Part shown: positions 58,592 to 64,000 of the stretch, piece after piece | Numbering within the stretch: the stretch's first letter is position 1 | Layout: every line of letters begins with the position of its first letter | NCBI GenBank assembly: GCA_964632485.1 | Contig: CAZWDO010000016.1 | Span: 1-64,000, forward strand | Length of the DNA stretch: 64,000 bases | Direction: 5' to 3' | Origin: an uncultured bacterium | GTDB taxonomy: Bacteria > JAGOEH01 | The notes under the pieces: model-generated | What the model was told of the DNA's origin: nothing | Databases searched by the model: none | The model's input: only the letters and a program-made list of their open reading frames with translations | Translations under genes and position numbers: made by a program

Positions 58592-59965
58592 TCAGGACAA
58601 AAATGGCGAACCCACGGCTAAATATTGGTATCCTTTTTCGAGCAATTGCGAGTAATCGGGAATCATACGGCGACCATCAATGACCAGAAACGGTGGTTGA
58701 GCAATTTTTTGGATTGTGGATGAAAGACCGCGGAACTCTTCCCAATCCGTTGTAATGAAGCAGGCATCTGCGCCTTGCAGCGCTTCGGTAACGGACTGGC
58801 TATACACAATTTTTTCATAGAGAATATTGTCTTGGGGATTGAAATACTTCCTGGCTTCCTCAGTCGCTAAGGGATCATAGGTTCGTATCTCAGCAACGCC
58901 TTTGCCCAGCAACCCTTCCACTACCTTTATCGATGAAGCATCCCGCATATCATTGGTCCGCTGTTTGAAAGCCAGGCCAAGCAAAGCGATTTTTTTGTTG
59001 TTAAAATTAAAACGGGCTTCATATACTGCCCGGTCGATCAGATAGACTTTCTGGTATTCATTAATATCATAAACTGATTGCAATAGGCTGGTATCCGCGC
59101 CGGCAAGTCGTAATTGGTAGATCAGGGATTGGATATCCTTTCCGAAACAACTGCCACCTGCGCCATTGGAAACATAGGAGCCCCAGGTTGAGATGCGTCC
59201 GTCGGACGTGACGCCCATTTTGAGTTTTTCCATATTGATATTGTCGATTTTTTCAGCCACCCGGGCGCCCACGCCGTTCCAAAATGAGATATATGTGAGT
59301 AATAGCGTATTAGAAATATATTTAATTGATTCCGCGGTCTCGGGTGTTGTCTCGATATACCGGATACGGACGTGATTATAAAAATGGCTATAGGTACGGC
59401 GGAGCAATTGGAAATCTTCATCATAATCGGCGCCAATGACAATGCGGTCAGGTCGGCGGGATTTTTCGACGGCATCGCCTTCGGGCAAAAACTCCGGGTT
59501 GGAGGCTACTCCGAAATTAATGACCTGATGCTTTTGCATGGTCCGTTGTAAATGCCGCGCTGTACCGATGGGTACTGTACTTTTATTCACTAATACGATT
59601 CGGTTTGGGTTTTGGCGTTTGGCCAGGCGTTTCGCTAAATCATTAGCCGCTTCGTTATAGTAGGTCATATTCGTCGAACCGTCTTTATTTGGCGGCGTGG
59701 GTAAACAAAGAAAAATAATCTCGGCGCCTTCCAGGAATTCATCAGGATTAGAAGAAAAAAACAGGTATTTCCCCTGAGTCTCCCGAATGATTTCAGCTAA
59801 AAAATTTTCATTCACAAACGATTCTATCTGTTCTTTTTCTCCGGAACGAAATGTCTCAATTTTGTTTTTATCAATATCATAAGCCCAGACTTCGTGTCCG
59901 TATTCAGACAATACCGCTGCATGAGTCAATCCGACAAAACCGGTACCAGCCACTACAATTTTCAT
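58592..59965 (-). CDS. ugd: UDP-glucose/GDP-mannose dehydrogenase
   Basis: GTGFVG, LPTP, KSTVPIG, NPEFL.EG, GGSCFGKD, GLAFK..T.DMR. Confidence 0.88.
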   Translation of the reverse strand: MKIVVAGTGFVGLTHAAVLSEYGHEVWAYDIDKNKIETFRSGEKEQIESFVNENFLAEIIRETQGKYLFFSSNPDEFLEGAEIIFLCLPTPPNKDGSTNMTYYNEAANDLAKRLAKRQNPNRIVLVNKSTVPIGTARHLQRTMQKHQVINFGVASNPEFLPEGDAVEKSRRPDRIVIGADYDEDFQLLRRTYSHFYNHVRIRYIETTPETAESIKYISNTLLLTYISFWNGVGARVAEKIDNINMEKLKMGVTSDGRISTWGSYVSNGAGGSCFGKDIQSLIYQLRLAGADTSLLQSVYDINEYQKVYLIDRAVYEARFNFNNKKIALLGLAFKQRTNDMRDASSIKVVEGLLGKGVAEIRTYDPLATEEARKYFNPQDNILYEKIVYSQSVTEALQGADACFITTDWEEFRGLSSTIQKIAQPPFLVIDGRRMIPDYSQLLEKGYQYLAVGSPFLS

Positions 59966-59993
59966 TTTTCAACTCCTTTTTTTAAAAATTATC

Positions 59994-60022
59994 TTGACAA
60001 TTAATTTTCCTTTGTTTATAAT
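59994..60022 (+). promoter_or_regulatory. consensus sigma-70 promoter of ilvE
   Basis: TTGACA-N17-TATAAT. Confidence 0.7.
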
Positions 60023-60101
60023 GCAACCATGATTAGTATAGTAATTATTTTGATAAATTTCAAGTCTTTTTTTATAAAATTAAACATGAAGGAGCAGGGA
60101 C

Positions 60102-61175
60102 ATGAAGATTGAAACAACCTTGTTGGGGCCAGATCAATTAAAGGCGTTGTATGACGATCCGATGCAACTGAATTTTGGGCGTTTGTTCACGGATTATATG
60201 TTTTTGATGCGATACAACCAAGAGCAGGGATGGCATCAGCCGCAAATCAAGAGCCATCAACCGTTGGCAATGGACCCGGGAGCGTTGATTTTCCATTATT
60301 GTCAGGAAGTGTTCGAGGGTTTAAAAGGCTATTTATCTCCCCAAGATGAAATTTTATTGTTTCGTCCGGAAGAAAACGCCCGCCGTATGATCCGTTCCAT
60401 GAAACGGATGTGTATCCCGGAATTTACGGAGGAAATTTTTTTAGAAGCGGTCGAAACTATTGTGAAGCTTGAAAAACGCTGGATACCGAATATGCGGGGA
60501 GCATCGCTTTATATTCGTCCGACTGTGATTGCCAGTGAAGTGGGAGTCGGTTTGCGTCCCTCCAATGAGTATTTGTTTTTTATTATCTTGTCGCCGGTGG
60601 GCCCTTATTATAAAAGTGGGTTTAACCCTGTGGGATTGCTGGTGTTGCCTGAATTTGTCCGGGCAGTTAAAGGCGGGGTGGGTGAAGCTAAAACCGGGGC
60701 CAACTATGCCGCAAGTTTACTCGCCGCTCGTATGGCTGGTCAAGCGGGCTTCGATCAGGTTCTCTGGCTTGACGCGATTGAACACCGGTATGTCGAAGAA
60801 GTTGGTTCTATGAATATCTTTTTTGTAATTAACAATAAATTAGTGACTCCGGCTCTTAACGGCAGTATACTACCTGGGATTACCCGCAAATCCGTACTGC
60901 AAATGGCTCCGGCACTGGGTTTGGAAGCCGAAGAACGCCCCATTAGTATTGATGAAGTTGTGGCCGGTATCAAAAGCGGCGAATTAAGCGAATCGTTCGG
61001 TTCCGGGACCGCGGCGGTTATCACTCCAGTAGGCCATATTCGCTACCAGGAGAAGACTTTTACTATAGGTGATAATAAAACCGGGAGCTGGACACAAAAA
61101 TTTTTCGACCAATTGACCTCGATTCAGTACGGTTTATCGCCCGATCCTTACCAATGGGTTCATAAAATCGTTTAA
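60102..61175 (+). CDS. ilvE: branched-chain amino acid aminotransferase
   Basis: HY.QEVFEGLK, LYIRP, AKTGANYAASL, EEVGSMN, ILPGITR, GTAAVITPV. Confidence 0.95.
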   Translation: MKIETTLLGPDQLKALYDDPMQLNFGRLFTDYMFLMRYNQEQGWHQPQIKSHQPLAMDPGALIFHYCQEVFEGLKGYLSPQDEILLFRPEENARRMIRSMKRMCIPEFTEEIFLEAVETIVKLEKRWIPNMRGASLYIRPTVIASEVGVGLRPSNEYLFFIILSPVGPYYKSGFNPVGLLVLPEFVRAVKGGVGEAKTGANYAASLLAARMAGQAGFDQVLWLDAIEHRYVEEVGSMNIFFVINNKLVTPALNGSILPGITRKSVLQMAPALGLEAEERPISIDEVVAGIKSGELSESFGSGTAAVITPVGHIRYQEKTFTIGDNKTGSWTQKFFDQLTSIQYGLSPDPYQWVHKIV

Positions 61176-61184
61176 TCGCTGGTT

Positions 61185-64000
61185 TTATTTTAGCAATACT
61201 ATTTTTCCTGTCTGGATTTCCGTTGGTGTAGTGAAGCGATATAAATATATCCCGGTTGATTGCTCTTCGGCATTCCAGCTTATTGTTGATTTCCCCTCTG
61301 CCGGCGTTTTTATTTCTTGCCGAAAAACCCGTTGACCCGCCATATTAAAAATTTCCATGGTTATGCTATGTCCGTTTTCTTGTTGAATTTGGAAATAGAT
61401 TTTTGAGTTGAACGGGTTGGGAGAATAACTGATGATTAAATTTTTGTGTAAATGATTTTCCTCCACAATTGATACCAATCCGTTCATTATTGTATCGGAT
61501 GAAACACTTTCCTGCATATCCCAATTGATGGCCGTCGTATAATAAAGCACATCTGAAAAGCGTTCGTCGATCCAGGACGTATCCTCGATTGGGCCTGCAA
61601 TCAGTTGAGCGTCTTCATTGTTGAATTGGCGAAACAGGTAATATCCGGCATCGGGCGCGGATGAACCGCCCGAATTCCAGCTAATTTTAACAAACTGCTC
61701 GGATAAGGGTTGCAAACCCATATTTCGGGGCGGCGCCGGGTATGCTGTTCCCGTATAAGGCGGAATAATAAACGAGGAGCTTTGGGTAGTCTGCCCGTAA
61801 ATATCGGACGAATAGACGGAGGCGCGATATTCGATGTCGTTTGCTAAATCGGTAATGAGCAGGCGATGGTTGCGCGTCAGATTCAAATTTCCAAAAAGCA
61901 TCGTGTCCTGATACGCCGGGTGGATATATTCCAAATAACTGGAGGAAAGTTCATCGGTTTGCCATTCAATTAGAGCTTTATCCTGACTTCGATATAGTAC
62001 CTTGGCCCCGCGCGTTATGATCGGGGCGTTTGTATCATGAGTTTCCCGTGTTGTAAAGCTTTCCGTTTGACCGGTCTGATTCTCCTTGTTGTACCAGCCA
62101 ATCTGGTCAACCCGGCAATTATAGTTTTGACCGGCAATCAGATTCGCCATGATAATGAAATGTTCGTTATCATAATAATTGTTGGAAAAGGTCCTGGAAA
62201 AATTGAAATTTACACCATATTGAAGATTGGGCATGAATATTCGATCATTTTTTAATCGGATGATCGCCATATCGGTCGATAAGTAATCGATCTGGGGCTG
62301 AATGTCTGTAAGAGTATCACTGAAAACCGTTTCAAAAGTTGTCAATTGTCCGATTCTGTTAAGTATCAACATATTCTGGTTGATATCGACCAATTTGAGT
62401 TCAAAGCAATAATGCTTGTCAGCGATCAGGTTGGAGAGGTTGTAATCGTGGAATTGAGTGAATTCGGCAATTTCGGTCGTGAAGTTTGAACTGTCTGATG
62501 AGGATAGATTCAGAATGCTGCGACTGGGCTCATTAGTCTGAAAGCGGATGATGGCTTCATTGCGATTGATAGAGAGAACATAGGGGCCATTGACGATACT
62601 GGGCGGCGTCCGATCAGCCATTGTATTCGTGGTGAATGAGTTGGTTGTTCCCGGCGGTTGACGTTTCAGGCGATGCTGGCTGCTCGTCCCGGATTCTGGC
62701 CATCGCAATGTATTGTTATTCATATCTATGATCTCAATTTCATATTGATAGGTCACATTGGGAGATAATTGCGTCAGGGTGAGCGAATGGCGGGTTTTAT
62801 ATTCCGATTGCGTATATTGTTTTGCTTCACCGGAAGAAGCGATCAGATCCAATATGACACGACACGGGCGGTCGAAGCTCATTGTAACTTGAACGGTTGT
62901 ATTGGTTTTATGGGTAATGGGGCCTTCTGTCAACATTGGGGATGTTTCTTCCTGGTTAATAAGGGTATGAAACGAATCGACCGCCGATTGGATTCCTGCT
63001 TTTTGAGCAATATCATTGATACTGACTTGATAGTACCAGGTTTGATCAGGGGCTAATCCATCAAGATAAAAACGGTGTTCTTGAGTGATAGTTTGACTTT
63101 CAATAATGGTCGGCCCGGAAAAAGTTGGCGATAGATCAATTTCAACGCGGGCTCGGGTGGGAAAGTTGGTGGCGCAATACAGCCAGGCATGGTTTGTCCC
63201 GGTTTCCTGGATGAGAGGCGGCATCGTAAATTCAGGTGGTTGAATATGTTGATCAAGATAACAGGTTTGTATCGGCGCCGTGCGTTTGTTGCCATATTTA
63301 TCGGTAATAATGATTTGATAAGTCAGAGGTTCATCGCCCGACGGCACGGCTATATTCAGAGTATGGCGGGGATTGAATATTTCGTCGTTTTCACGGTAAT
63401 TCATTGTTTCAGTTCCATATCCGTAGTTCATTTGAGCGGTTACCGGTCTGTTGCATTGAAAATAAATGCTGGCAATACCCGATTGAGTATTGAAAAAAGA
63501 GGGGCCGGAGATGAATTGGGGGGGAGTTACTTCCTTCTGGCTTAGCGTCGTAAATGAACCGGTGTAGGTTGTTCCCGCATTACCCGCTACATCGCGAAAC
63601 AGGGCTTCATAATAGTAGGTGGCGCCATTTTCCAGACTATCGATTAATAGCAGTGGAGAACGTGATATGGCAGAACGAATCGCGCGACTATAGTTGGCGC
63701 TTGACGTACCGATTCTTGTCTCCAAACAACCATTTTCATTGGAAAATGCTTCCAAATAGCAATCATAGGTGGAAATATAACGGATTTGCGGCGGAGCCAT
63801 TAGTTTCGGAGCAATCTGATCATCCTGTCCGGTGGTCATGAAATATAATTCCTGCTCGGTGATATACGTGTTACCGGATTGATCCGTACACCATATCTGG
63901 TATTGGTAGGATGAATTACTCTGAAGATTACGCAAAATCAACTGATGATTCATGCTAAAATAGTCTTCATTTTCTTCCACTTCGTCGTTAGAGCCGTCGT
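61185..64000 (-). CDS. large secreted protein with tandem FN3/purple-acid-phosphatase-N-like repeats and a C-terminal Por/T9SS-type (FlgD-like) sorting domain; 5' end lies beyond the window
   Basis: repeated W.T.E.....Y.....H...L..L.P...Y.Y.....D..GN units; C-terminus PNPFN...IFNMAGQRV...WNA...STGIYLY...KIVLLK. Confidence 0.85.
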   Translation of the reverse strand, partial: DGSNDEVEENEDYFSMNHQLILRNLQSNSSYQYQIWCTDQSGNTYITEQELYFMTTGQDDQIAPKLMAPPQIRYISTYDCYLEAFSNENGCLETRIGTSSANYSRAIRSAISRSPLLLIDSLENGATYYYEALFRDVAGNAGTTYTGSFTTLSQKEVTPPQFISGPSFFNTQSGIASIYFQCNRPVTAQMNYGYGTETMNYRENDEIFNPRHTLNIAVPSGDEPLTYQIIITDKYGNKRTAPIQTCYLDQHIQPPEFTMPPLIQETGTNHAWLYCATNFPTRARVEIDLSPTFSGPTIIESQTITQEHRFYLDGLAPDQTWYYQVSINDIAQKAGIQSAVDSFHTLINQEETSPMLTEGPITHKTNTTVQVTMSFDRPCRVILDLIASSGEAKQYTQSEYKTRHSLTLTQLSPNVTYQYEIEIIDMNNNTLRWPESGTSSQHRLKRQPPGTTNSFTTNTMADRTPPSIVNGPYVLSINRNEAIIRFQTNEPSRSILNLSSSDSSNFTTEIAEFTQFHDYNLSNLIADKHYCFELKLVDINQNMLILNRIGQLTTFETVFSDTLTDIQPQIDYLSTDMAIIRLKNDRIFMPNLQYGVNFNFSRTFSNNYYDNEHFIIMANLIAGQNYNCRVDQIGWYNKENQTGQTESFTTRETHDTNAPIITRGAKVLYRSQDKALIEWQTDELSSSYLEYIHPAYQDTMLFGNLNLTRNHRLLITDLANDIEYRASVYSSDIYGQTTQSSSFIIPPYTGTAYPAPPRNMGLQPLSEQFVKISWNSGGSSAPDAGYYLFRQFNNEDAQLIAGPIEDTSWIDERFSDVLYYTTAINWDMQESVSSDTIMNGLVSIVEENHLHKNLIISYSPNPFNSKIYFQIQQENGHSITMEIFNMAGQRVFRQEIKTPAEGKSTISWNAEEQSTGIYLYRFTTPTEIQTGKIVLLK

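Overview
A 64 kb chromosomal segment of a diderm, probably anaerobic bacterium with FCB-like features (LptAB, ExbB-ExbD-ExbD-TonB, a TonB-dependent receptor, and a protein with a Por/T9SS-type C-terminal sorting domain). It has one 100-N scaffold gap. Most genes are housekeeping or metabolic: dapF, glnA, a PEP carboxykinase, rlmI-like, queCED, ugd, ilvE, tRNA-Gln(TTG), tRNA-Lys(TTT), and a complete oxidative ornithine pathway (ord-ortAB-oraSE-reactivase, with orr displaced). The main candidate for an undescribed system is an AT-rich island at about 23.9-37.7 kb that looks like an uncharacterised peptide-toxin/RiPP cluster. Its 96-aa precursor has both a Sec signal peptide and a double-glycine leader in front of a hydrophobic 53-aa core flanked by two Cys. 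The island also encodes a stand-alone membrane-anchored C39 peptidase, a CxxC thioredoxin-like gene interrupted by an in-frame TGA and a -1 slippery site, an ABC-2-like module, a YknWXYZ/As-48EFGH-like module and an O-antigen-ligase/TPR protein. A 13-bp tandem array and an AraC-type regulator lie upstream. Other notable items: a sigma-28-type promoter in front of a stand-alone HExxH metallopeptidase resembling the flagellinolysin domain; a GntR-GAF-PP2C fusion heading a ytrA-like operon with its operator; a roughly 200-nt structured intergenic element; and an slt gene split by an in-frame TAA. All calls come from reading motifs by eye; no database searches were run.
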